The translations under genes and the position numbers were made by a program. Under the pieces are notes generated by a model. That model was not told where the DNA came from and searched no databases. It saw only the letters and a program-made list of their open reading frames with translations. Positions 50,216 to 61,824 of a DNA stretch of 64,000 nt are shown here, in pieces. Source of the stretch: Podospora anserina (lineage: Eukaryota); assembly GCA_017654855.1 (NCBI GenBank), contig CM030338.1, forward strand, positions 3,844,001 through 3,908,000, in the 5' to 3' direction. Numbering within the stretch: the stretch's first letter is position 1; each line of letters begins with the position of its first letter.

Positions 50216-51190
50216 TGTGCCGCTGTTGACACAGAACTACAAGACTGAAACTGAAAGGGAAGATATTGTATCGACTTCCATGAGGCCATATCGCACTCCC
50301 CCTTTCTATCCCCTGTATCACTTTATACAAGTCCACAAACCGTTTTCGGAGGCCACGTGCCGTGTCACCATTTCCATGCTCCCGGGTCGGAGTGGGCCCC
50401 AGACGGGTTTCCGCGATCCGTCTTCCGCACCTTTCCGTCTTCCGCACTTCCGCAGCTCCACCATACAAACGGACGATGACGCCGATTAGGGGTCCCAAAG
50501 ACAGCAATAACAGGGCTGAAAAATTACAGAGAAATCCAAGCTGACCGACTCCAGGACCAGTTTTGCAGAATCTTGGTTGGGGTAACCACATGCTGCAATC
50601 GGGCAAAGCCCATCACAAAACGTCATCTCAATGCATCAATCCGACCCTTGTTTGCACACCTGCACGGACTCATGTCTATTGAATATTGAACTGTGCCTTA
50701 CTCCTTACCACCGACTCGACTCGACTGGATTCCCGGCCCGTGTTATATTCGTCAAACAAAAGAGCTGCCAAGACGACATCGGACGGCGGCTTACACCTCC
50801 TACCTGCACAGCATTCTGCACCTGTACGCACACCGGCCCTGCCATCTTGTTATCAAACAGAAAAAAACGCCGCTAATCTGTGCTCGGAAGGACGGACGGA
50901 GCTAGAGGCATCATACAGGTAAAACGTCACCATGATCTCGGATCATCTGGTTCGGCCCAGCTTCTGTTTGTCTGCCCAAGCCCAGTGCCAACTGCCAAAG
51001 CCGTTGTTGACCGCTGGCCCCCTTGCTGACCGATGGGGCATCTTATCGAGCCCCCGTTTCTATTTCTTCTTTACCGAGATGTTCCCCCTACTCCTGACCC
51101 TTTGCCACCCATCTCATCTTCCGCGCTCACCTGAATCTTGACTACCGCTTCTGGGTTTTGTCTCACTTCATCCAGTCTTCCGCTCTCACC

Positions 51191-52595
51191 ATGTCACCCT
51201 GCGAGCCACTGCCTGCTACCAAGGCTAATCACAGTGATGTTTCTCGCGTCCTATCAGACGACTTTGGTGTCACATCCAATGCTTTCCTTCCAGAACAACA
51301 ACCTCTCTCGAGGCTTCCAGATCAATACTATGCCCCCTGGGAAACCATTGTCTCTTCTCTTTCCTCCCACATTCAACAACAGACTCTCCGCCAGGAGGTA
51401 GACAGATTGCCAGTCCTATCAACAGACCGCCTCGCCTCAGAAGCCGAATGGAGACGAGCCTATGTTGTCTTGGGCTTCCTCACACATGCCTACGTCTGGG
51501 GAGGTGACGTTGCTTCCGAGGTCGGTATTTCACTTGAACCAGCACCACCTTACTTTGAACTGACACAACTCACAGATCCTCCCCCCACCCATAACTGTCC
51601 CTCTCCTCTCCGTTTCCAGACACCTCTCTCTTCCCCCAGTAGCCACCTATGCCGCGGTCAACCTCTGGAACTTTTCTTCGGTATCTCCAACATCCGACCT
51701 CGCTGACCTCGACTCCCTCACCGCACTCCACACCTTCACCGGCACTCAAGATGAGTCCTGGTTCTACATGGTCAGCGTCGCCATGGAGGCCCAAGGTGGT
51801 CCTATCATCCCCGTCATGCTCTCCGCCCTATCTGCCCTCCAACACCACGACCTTCCCGCCGCCACCGAGGCCATCAACGAAATCACCTCCTGCATCCACA
51901 AACTGGGGATATTGCTCGACAGGATGGACGAAAGGTGCGACCCAGAAGTGTTTTACCATCAGATCCGCCCTTTCCTAGCAGGCAGCAAGAACATGGCCGG
52001 GGCCGGGCTGGCAAACGGCGTGTTCTATGACGAGGGACAAGACGGCAAGGGAGAATGGAGACAGTACCGAGGAGGAAGCAACGGCCAAAGCTCGCTCATC
52101 CAGCTATTTGACCTCGTGCTGGGAGTTGAGCACGTCGCGCAGGGTAATGCGAGTCCGGACTCGTACTCGCGGGAGAAGAAGATGGAGAGTTTCCACAGGG
52201 AGGTCAGAGGGTACATGCCGGAGCCGCACAGGAGGCTTCTTGAGTTTGTGGAGGGGCGGTACCCAGGAGGATTGAGGAAAGGTGTGGAGGATTTGTTGGT
52301 GACACCAAGCACAGAGGGAAACGACGGTGAGAGAAGGGAGTTGAGGGAGGCGTTCACGACGGCGACCAAGGCGCTGGCCGAGTTTAGGAATAAGCACTTG
52401 CAGATTGTGACGCGATATATCGTGATCCCGTCGAGGAAGGAGAACAAGGCCAAGGGAAGTAACTTGGCGACGGCGTCATCGAGGCTGGCGGGGGATGATG
52501 ATAAGAAGCTGACGGGGACAGGGGGGACTGCACTATTGCCGTTCCTGAAGCAATCACGGGATGAAACGTTTCGCGCGGGGGATTTTTCGCGATGA
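51191..52595 (+). CDS. IDO: Indoleamine 2,3-dioxygenase
   Basis: RRAYVVLGFLTHAYVWG, FTGTQDESWFYMVS, FYHQIRPFLAGSKN, GGSNGQSSLIQ, FRNKHLQIVTRYI, GTGGTALLPFLKQSRDET. Confidence 0.95.
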
Positions 52596-53199
52596 AAGCC
52601 ATGTCATGTCAGGTCATGTCATGAAAAAAAGGAGGGAACTTTGCTGTAGGATAGCGGGGCTTGTGATATGCGGCGGGCGGCTGATGAATGTGTGTCTCGA
52701 CAAATAGAAGATGATGTTCTTGAACAAGTTCAAATGCAGAACTTTGTCTCGGCAATAAACAACCCACATCCGCGGGGTCGGGTCTCCGGTTTTTGCGGCG
52801 GGTGGCCCCCAAAGTTCCCCCCAGTTCCTTACTGCGGTAGGGCGCCGTGCAAAGTTCCTTTGATTACCCGCTTTACTGCACATCATGTTGGAACTTTTGG
52901 GGTGTGTCTCGGCCAATCACAGCCCACAATGGCTTCGCATTCGCAAGCACCACTGCCAAATATCCCACTTGCTCTGATCATGTTGCAGTAGATCTGCTAC
53001 GTAGCATTGCCATCTCACTACCGATGGATGATGGATGGCATAACCCTACTTTACCTACTTGATCAATACACATAGACATCTCCTCATTCTCATCCTTGCT
53101 GCCGTTGTCTTTTCCCTCCGCTAGCTACCTCTTCTCTTTTCTTCTTATTCCCTTTTTCTTTCTTTCTATTATATATACACTTTATACAACCACATCACC

Positions 53200-54400
53200 A
53201 TGTCATCAACAACAACAACACCAGAAACCAAGACCGTCCTGGTGATAGGCGCAACAGGCAAGCAAGGTCGGGCTTTCATCCGCTCCTTGCTCTTCCCTTC
53301 GGCAGCGTCAACACCATCATCACCCACAACGACAACCTTCCCTAGATCCCAAGCTGAAAACTGGCGCATCCTCGCCCTCACTCGAGACGCCTCTGCCCCA
53401 CCATCCCAGGCGCTCCTCGAAGAAGCCAAACAACACAATGCCAAGTCCAAAATCACGCTTGTAGAAGCCTGCCTCAACACACCTTCCACCCTCCGGACAG
53501 TGTTTGAATCGCACCCCAACATCTACTCCGTCTTCGTCGTGCTCGCCTACCCTGGACTTGGCACACCATCAACGGCCCAAAAGGAGAAAGCCCAGGGGAT
53601 CCTGATTGCAGATCTGGCAGTGGAGTTCGGGGTCAACATTTTGGTGTACAGCAGCGCGATCCCCATCGGTCCAGATCCCAGCCATGGGATCGACGAGTCG
53701 AGGAAGCAGAAGAGAGAGGTGGAGTACTACATTGAGGACTTGGGGAAGAAGAACCCCGGGCTGAAATGGATCGTGATACGGCCGGGGTTCTTTTATGAGA
53801 ACCTGGAGGGCATGTTTGGGGCGATTGGGGCGACGATGTATAGGGATGGGTTGAAGAAGGAGACGACGCTTCCGATGGTTGCGTCGGGGGATTTGGGGAG
53901 GGTGGTTGCTGGGTTACTACAGGTACGCGGTTTTGTTTGGTTGCTCTAGATGGCCCGCGTGTTTGAAATGGTTTGAGTAAACAAACAAGATGCTGACAAC
54001 GCGTAAACAGAACCCAGAGCCATACTTCAACCAGTTTCTCTGCGTCACGTCTGGCCCGATGACGATGAGAGAGGTGCTTGAGGCTCATAGACGGGCGACG
54101 GGGAAGCCGATGCCTGCTGCCCCGGGGTTTGTGGGTTGGATCCTGCTCAAGATCAACAAGGGAGCGCAGGATCTGGTCAAGGAGGCTGAAATCAACCATG
54201 CCAACAGGATGAGCGGGAAGTTGCCGACTTTTGAAGAGGAGGTTGAGCGGGCCAAGAGTGTTTGTGAGCTGCAGACATATGAGCAGTGGAAGAGGGCTCT
54301 GGCGAGCGGTGAGGGTGGGGGAGACGAGATGTCGAGGAGGGTGAGCACGAGCAGCTGGAACAACTTGTCGTTGATGAAGCTGTTGACAGGGCGGTCGTAG
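53200..54400 (+). CDS. NmrA-like NAD(P)-binding Rossmann protein (2 exons)
   Basis: VLVIGATGKQG, ILALTRD, QGILIADLA, LVYSS, WIVIRPGFFYEN. Confidence 0.9.
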
Positions 54401-55525
54401 ATCCTGACACAGGATTCCCGAGAGGTTTCCTTCGAATTCACGGTGACAAGCTGGCGCTGGGGGTGGTTCTTTGATTATCAACAAACCGGACGAGTGGGTT
54501 TGATTGTGGACGACCACATGCATTTCATATGTGTATATAGAAGCCAGTAGATATCTAGGTAAATGGGCAAACAAGGTCTTCTTTTTGATTGCTTCAACGT
54601 GCGTCTCTTGATGACTCTACTCTCGCTATATAACTCTGCCTGTTGACCCTTCTGCCGTTCCTGGGGCGTTGCTTTCGTCCTTCTCACCACTGCTCGTAGG
54701 CCAAGTTGTCCCAGTGTTATTGTGGTGTCACTGACGAAGGGGTCTCCCTGTCGTTGCAGGGACCACAGCGGCCCAGCCCGCACAGACCCACATTCACCCG
54801 TCGCGTCGTGAAAGGTGGGGTTTTTGTGTTAGAGGACTTACAGCGTACCGACCTGCTGGGAGAGCAGTTGGAGCACTGTTGACGATTTCACCTTCTGGTG
54901 GTCTGTGCTCTCCCACTCAAGTATATATGCCTGCCCATTTTCCCAGCTTCATGCTGCCCTGCTTCCTTTCCCTCTCCATCCACCGAGAAGATTCCTTTGC
55001 ATACACATGCAAAGCACCACGACCATCTTCTCGTAGTAACACCGCTCGTTAGCGTCAGCTACACTCGACCTGTCACCTTTTTACAAGCAAAGAGTCGTAC
55101 ATTTACAAGGTAAGTAGATTCCCTGCCCTCACCATTTCCCACCACAACGCGACCGACACTGCCCGCCCTTCTTCATCGCCTCGGGCCCGACATGATCCCT
55201 CTCTCCATCATCCATCCTCCTCCTCTTCTCTTCTTCCTCACCTCCTACACCTCTCCCCACCGACATCTCGAGATCGCAAGGTTGAGGTTCAAAAGTCGCA
55301 CCGGTGCCAAGGCGCGAGTCAACGTCTGGCGCAGCCCTGCCCCACCAACCCCGCCAACATCTTCACATGCAAAGTCGCGTCACCCTGGATCATTGTTTTG
55401 GTGGTTGTCAAGCCAAGTCTGAAACTTCTCACGATTTCTCGCGATCCCCACCATCATCATCAACACTATCATCACAATATTCGATATCATTCTATACAGA
55501 TCTACTGAACAACAATCATGTACAG

Positions 55526-57151
55526 ATGCCGCTACAACAAAACACGTTTGTTGTGGTGCCCAACCCTGTCACTTTCCAACAAGCGCTCGCTGTGGACGGT
55601 CCGGAGTCCAAACCTCCAATGACCACCAAGCAAGCTCAGAAGGCCTATCGGGAAGCCAATAGGCTGCCCAAAATGACGAAAGCCGAAAGGCTACGTCGGG
55701 AACGGGCCGAGCGAGAGCGCGAGCGGAAGGAGGAGGAGAAACTGAAGGCCTCGAAGAGAGCCAAAGTTCTCCGTGACAGGAAGAAGGAGAGGGACTTGGA
55801 GCTGGTGGAAGAGAGGAGGCGGCAGGGTTTACCTCTCGTTCGCGTGAGGCCGAGCCAGGCCACCCTCTCGACCTTTTTCAAGGGCAACGGGGTTTCGCGA
55901 AAGCGAGACTCTGACGCCTACCAAGCTGATCGGCCGGCGATGATGGAGGTAGAAAACAAGGAGAATCTGACTCCTGTTGGAAGCCCTTCCGAGTCGGCCT
56001 CGATCAAGAGACAGCGTTTGGGGGAGACTCAAAGCCAGCAAGATTTCTTGCAGCGCGACGAGCCTGCAGCAGCTTTCCTGCACCCATCCAACTCTCCGGA
56101 GGAGCTTCTTGAGGCTCTTATCGATGACTTTCCGACTGCCTCCCAGGCGGCTCGGGAGTTGGAAGAGCCGCTGGTGGAGACCACGGAGCCGTCACCGGTT
56201 CGCAGAGGTCCACCGGCATTCATGAAGTCCTCTCCTTTGCACCGATCGGTGTTGAAGCAGGCCCTTGCGAGCAGCCAGAGAAATCTGGCACCGCCGCTAG
56301 ACGCCCTGCCAGACCCGGTCGTCGATGACGACACCGGGTATGTTCGTCCTATCACTTCCCAAGATTTGGTGTTCTCGAGTCAGGAGGTTTGGGATCCTGA
56401 ATTCGAGGACGATGAGCCGATTTTGGTGCAAGATGGACAGAAACAACCGGACGTCGTCAGCGACCCTATCAATGACAGTTCCCCGCGTGTGCCCACGGGG
56501 AGGGTTTCATTGCCCAACCGGGCGATGGCTGATCAGATCAGTTCGGAACCGATTGGGGAGCCGTCCGCGCGAGTTGAAAGACAGACAGAAGATACGCTGG
56601 ACGGTTTTACGTACAGTCAGTTCTTCACGTCGTCCTTCAACTCTGCGGACGAGGAGGTTGGGCAGCCCCAGCCTCTCAACCCGCCACCTTGCGAGCCAGA
56701 ACCTCCCAAGCGGTCTCGGTCACCCCAACGGCTCTTTGGATCCAGCGGGAACGGGATCGCTATCCTTACGGCTAGGGCTGCAGAGCTCCAAGCCGAGGAG
56801 GAAGCGGAGGAAGAACGGCGAAAGCAGGCGGCGCTGGAGCGCGAGCGGCAGCGGCGTCTTCAGAACTTCATGGAGCGTTCGAGGGAGGAGGAGCGGCTGT
56901 TTGCTCAGCAGGCGGCTGCTACCACCGAACTCTTCACGTCACAGCACGGCGGGACGCGAAATGGGGATAGCATGGCACCGCTGAGCCAAGAGTCGGACTA
57001 CGGGGCTGACTGGACGCTCGATAACATCGAGCTGATGGACAGCTTGGTGGTTCCGGTGGAGGCTGGGTCGCAAGACTCCGATGAATATGGACCGGCTTGG
57101 ACGCTCGATAACGTCGAGTTGTTGGAGGCCCAGGTCCGCGGTAACGCTTAG
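55526..57151 (+). CDS. Hypothetical largely disordered/coiled-coil protein
   Basis: Long ORF with a basic helical N-terminal block (MTTKQAQKAYRE...RVRPSQATLSTFF) and an acidic C-terminal duplicated motif; start uncertain. Confidence 0.7.
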   Translation: MPLQQNTFVVVPNPVTFQQALAVDGPESKPPMTTKQAQKAYREANRLPKMTKAERLRRERAERERERKEEEKLKASKRAKVLRDRKKERDLELVEERRRQGLPLVRVRPSQATLSTFFKGNGVSRKRDSDAYQADRPAMMEVENKENLTPVGSPSESASIKRQRLGETQSQQDFLQRDEPAAAFLHPSNSPEELLEALIDDFPTASQAARELEEPLVETTEPSPVRRGPPAFMKSSPLHRSVLKQALASSQRNLAPPLDALPDPVVDDDTGYVRPITSQDLVFSSQEVWDPEFEDDEPILVQDGQKQPDVVSDPINDSSPRVPTGRVSLPNRAMADQISSEPIGEPSARVERQTEDTLDGFTYSQFFTSSFNSADEEVGQPQPLNPPPCEPEPPKRSRSPQRLFGSSGNGIAILTARAAELQAEEEAEEERRKQAALERERQRRLQNFMERSREEERLFAQQAAATTELFTSQHGGTRNGDSMAPLSQESDYGADWTLDNIELMDSLVVPVEAGSQDSDEYGPAWTLDNVELLEAQVRGNA

Positions 57152-57317
57152 GCGACGACTCTAGTGTTTTGTACGAATTTCTTTTTTGGATATTTGGACG
57201 ATTCATGATGATGGGCGTTGTCTACGGCGCAGCGTTATTGGTTCTTCATTGGATTGTCTTCGACTCTTGGGCTATGTAATTCTTTTGGATAATATCCTGG
57301 ACAACGGCATGCTTTTT

Positions 57318-57425
57318 TGGGGGGTTGTTTTGTACGATATTAGGTGTTGTTTGGGGGTGTTTTGTACGATATTAGGTGTTGTTTGGGGGTGCTTGTACGA
57401 TATCAGGTGTTGTTTGGGGGTGTGT
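57318..57425. repeat. Minisatellite, ~32-bp unit x3
   Basis: GGGGGTGTTTTGTACGATATTAGGTGTTGTTT repeated in tandem with few substitutions. Confidence 0.85.
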
Positions 57426-58366
57426 AAGATAGGTGGGAGGGCGGCGAAGACGGACTCTGGACCTCCACGTGGTGCCGCCTGGGAACCTGGTCTTCGTTCG
57501 CGATTGGCCCGAGCAAGCACAGAGAAACGCAAAAACTCTAGATAGGTTGGAGGTGATATGGGACAGGGGAGGTGGAAGATGGAAGATGGAAGATGGGGGG
57601 AAGGAAATGGGTGACGGATCATCTGTCATGGTGAGGGTTAGGGTTCTACCCGGCCATATCAACACAAGACAGCGCAGTGGCAAGGTCTCTTGGGAACACG
57701 AGAATGGCGCCGTGAACAACACGTATGTACGTATGGATGGCAATAGGAATCTACTAAACTTGATATCTCTTAGGGATTGCCTCACACTCTGCCGCGATGT
57801 GTCACGATGTCACTCGCTGTGGGGACTTCCGTGAAGGCCGGGTTTATGGTCGCCCTGTGTGCCCAAGAGCTTGCAACGATTGGGCAGGAATTTGAGATGC
57901 AGGCCGACGCAGGTGCGGCAAAGCTTGCCCGCGTGCCCGTGTTCCCCCTGTCGCCATGTTGGAGTCCCTCCCTCCCGAGGTGAGGCCTGAGATTTCAGCA
58001 CATCCAGGTTCCATAAGCCAGCGCCCAGAGGATAATGCAGTCATCAGCCCCCCCGACGAGAGGAGGCCACCAAACGTGCAGTCTCCCACATGCATGATGT
58101 CGCCCTGGATTTCTTCCTCAGCTTCTGCCGTTTGCTCCATCTGCCCTGCATCTCTCTCCAACCTACGCCCCGCCCTTCTTTTTGCTGATGCTCTTCTGCA
58201 CTGACCTGAACACACACCCCTGTCGCTTCCACCTACCTAGACTGTCGGGCTGAGTGTCCCGAGGCGGCACAGCTTTTGCTTGTGTCTCATCTCATCTTCA
58301 ACGACACCTCGTCCCCTTCACCGCACGTCGCGTCGCCTCAACATCCAGCAAAAACAGCACAGGAAC

Positions 58367-60688
58367 ATGACGAGGCACCACCGTCACTACCGTGAAGGCG
58401 GCCGAGATCAAGAGCCCTACGAATACGGCTGGGATCCCATCTCCATCCCTGGCGCCGCTCTCCCCCCAGTCCCAGTTGACATCCCCATCCCCGCCCCCGC
58501 CCCCTCACCACCAGGTTCCCTCGTCTCATTCACCCCACCTCATCGTGACCACGCCGATCACTCCGACAGCGGGAGCAGGAGCAGGAGCAGGAGCAGGAGC
58601 AAGAGCAAGAGCAGCAGGAGGAGAGGATTCTCGCCAACACCTTCCACCACCCCTCCCAATCCGCGCCCAGTATCGCGCCGATCCGTGACTGGCAGGTCCA
58701 TGATTGGAATGCCGACTGCAGCTACCGTCATCGGCTCTGGATACCGGGAAAAGGGCTGGGATTATGATGAAGTAGACACCCCAAGGACACCCCGTCAGCG
58801 ACACAGGGATTTTGAAAAAGGTGGTTATTTTGAAGACAGGGGCACGGCAAATCTGAAGTCGAGGTGGGACAGGACATCACAACTGCACTCTGCCGTCTTG
58901 ATACCACCGCCGTCGTCGGGATATCGCCATGCCAGGTCCAGATCTCTTTCCATATCACGAACCTCACCATCAAGCAGCGTCAGTTCCTCCCCTGAGTTCT
59001 TTGGGATAGGGGGTTTTCCTCCCATCAGGACAAGTGAGCATCGCCATCGCAAGGACAACAAACACCACAACCACCATGCCCCGTCAAAAAAGCACCACCC
59101 TCGCTCGTCACAACCACAACCTTGGTATCAGCATGATGTCGCCAGTCATTCCTCTCCCCGCGTTGCCCTTGCAGAAGCAGGTTGGCCTCTGACAACTTCG
59201 CGGCCTGTGTCACGGTCACCGCCGACTCACGAGCCGTACGTGCAAGAGTATTCTCGGTATGGACATCATGGCAGCGCTGGGCAGAACGGGAGTCGAGAGT
59301 ATCGCCCCCAACATTTCGGCGGATACGTTTCCGTTGATAATCTCCATCATTTCCCTGAAAAAAACGACCTCCGGATGGGCCTTCAACGGATGGGTCTCGC
59401 GAGCACATCCGCCTTGACCGAACCCAACACAAACCGCACCAGACGTAAAGTGACGGGGACTGCAAGGAAAAGAAGCGAATCTTCCAGTCGCGTGGCGGAG
59501 ACCGATGACGGTGTCCGTGAACGACTCCCACCCACCGGGTAAGTTATTCCCTGTTGGTTTTTGTTCATAATCCGGTCACTAACAATCATGCTCCAAGACA
59601 ACAATACAAAGAGGTCCACTGCCTTATTCTCACCTGGTCCTTTCATGACCTCCGAGCAGAGGATTACATGGCCCCGCCAGCAGCTGATTACATCTCCCTC
59701 GAAGACGAGAGCGAGCGCTTGATCAAAACCCTCAAGAACTACGGCTGGCAAGTCTCCGAGCACCATATCGACATGAACCGGCCCGTCGAAAGCACCACCG
59801 CCAGACTCAACAAGTTCTGTCAGCTGGCCTCGGACGATGTCTTGTTGGTGGTGTACTACCACGGCCATGGTTCCCTTGATGAGGACAATGAACTCGTCTT
59901 TAGCAGCCACGACCACCCGGAAAACTCCGAGTGGGCCAAGAAAGCAGCTGCTGACTTGTACTCTGAGCTGCTATCTCGCCAGAACGGAGGACACGGGCAG
60001 AACAAGGCGGCATTTGAAGCCTTGATGAAGAAGTAGTACGTTCCCTTGATTCACCTGCTGTTGCTTGTCAGTGTCGCTAACAATCACACCTTTTCACAGC
60101 GAGCGCTACCGCCCTATATCGCACCTCCCCTGGTCCACCCTCCGCCAACCCCTCCTCACCTGCCCCTCGGACGTCCTCTTCATCCTAGACTGCTGCGCCG
60201 CCGGCGGAGCCAACCTCCCTTCCTCTTCCATCCCCCAGTCCAACACCTACACCAAACACCTCTTTGCCGCCTGCGGCTTCGAGTCCTCGACGTCCGACGA
60301 CATGACCGCAACCTTGTGCAACATCCTGGATGACAACGCTGCGCAGGGCGCCAACAAGACTGTTCTGACGACAAAGAGACTGCATCAATTGATAGAGGAA
60401 AGCCTCCAAAAGAAGAACAACGGGGTGGGGACCAGCCAGCCGATTTTCAAACAGCTGCTGCCGTTGGATCCGGAAAGGAAGATACACTTGCCTAATCTGG
60501 GAAACCACCCGAAGGGGAGAGGGAGACGGAGCAGGAGGGGGAGTCAGAGCCATGCGAATATGAAGATGGTGACGGTGAATAGGAGGGGGAGCGAGGAGAG
60601 TATGAATGGGATGATGGTTCATGGGGTTCATCTTGGGATGGGGATGGTGAGGAGGGAGGGGAGCGTGAGGGGGTATGTTCTTGCTTGA
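58367..60688 (+). CDS. Caspase-like (peptidase C14 fold) protein with long disordered N-terminus, 3 exons
   Basis: YKEVHCLILTW, LLVVYYHGHG (His), SDVLFILDCCAAG (Cys), HLFAACGFE; introns near 59539-59596 and 60034-60099. Confidence 0.75.
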
Positions 60689-61824
60689 AGAAACACGGGC
60701 TTCAAAGATTCAGCGTGGATGGAGTAAGGGCAAGATTGTGTTTGAAAACTTTGTATTTGTGCGACCTTTGGGATTTTGGGTAGCAGGAAATCTTCTGGCG
60801 CGTTTATCAGCATTATTCGGTTGCATGGGAAGGGAAGGGGCATGTTCAGCTTTTGTTTTTTGTCTTTTGCGGAAGTGCAATCCAGCGCCGGCGCCAGGCA
60901 TCGCGCGGGAAAGGACGGGTTCTGTATAGGTAGCTTTCCTTGTCTGTTAGTATAAGCCAATGTGATAGTAGCATAGCATATCTTTTTTTCTTTTCTTGAA
61001 GGCAACCAGACATGATCGACTGGAAAGGTGCCCTCAGTTACTGTTCTGTCAGGGGTGAATGATGACAGTGAGCACAGGCAGTGCTCTTGTCCTGCTCTTC
61101 CTACAGCGAGTCAGCCCGGCTGGATCGTCTTATAGTGTTCCCCGGTCCACCTCGATCTCCGTGACCTCCGGGTCAGTCTACCCCCTTTTCTACCACAACA
61201 AGCTCGACGCTTACCACCACCGCCTACATCATCACCATCCAATCCCCCCACCATGGTCCCGCCAAAACCATTGTCCTCCTTTTTAAGGCCCACCCTGGGC
61301 TTTCCCCCCCTCCCCCTTTTCACCATCCCCGCCAGCCTCAACGGTTGATGATGATGACCCTTCCCCCATGAACCCACTCAGTGTATGATCTGTTTCTTCG
61401 GTTTTGCTTCCCCGGATCAAACTACTTCTCTGGTTTGTTCTCATTGTCTTGTTCTCTCCTCATCTCAGTCTCTCGTTTGATCTGTTTCTCTCACCCCGCG
61501 TTCCCCATGCAGTCCCCTCGACAGAACCTCCATCGGGACATCTAGTTCCCTTCCTCTTTTTGGTCTCCTCGCTCTGTTCAAGAGCATTCTAACCGGTACT
61601 TGGCGCACTCCCATCCACGGCTCACCTTTACGCCTCCTCTCCAGCATTCGAAACTCTATCACCCATTTCCCCACCGAGTAGCACTCAACGTGCGTTAACA
61701 ATGCAAGCTGTTCGTTTATCCCTTTCCGAAGTCCACTTGTTTAGTGTTCCCTTTGTCCGGCGGTTGTCTGCATCTCTTTTCCCCCGGTCAACACCATACC
61801 CATCACCCCCTTGCGATCTCCGTG

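Noticed and set aside
57318-57425. 32-bp repeats resembling a CRISPR array
   Set aside because: Units are directly tandem with no unique spacers, the context is eukaryotic and there are no cas genes; it is a minisatellite.
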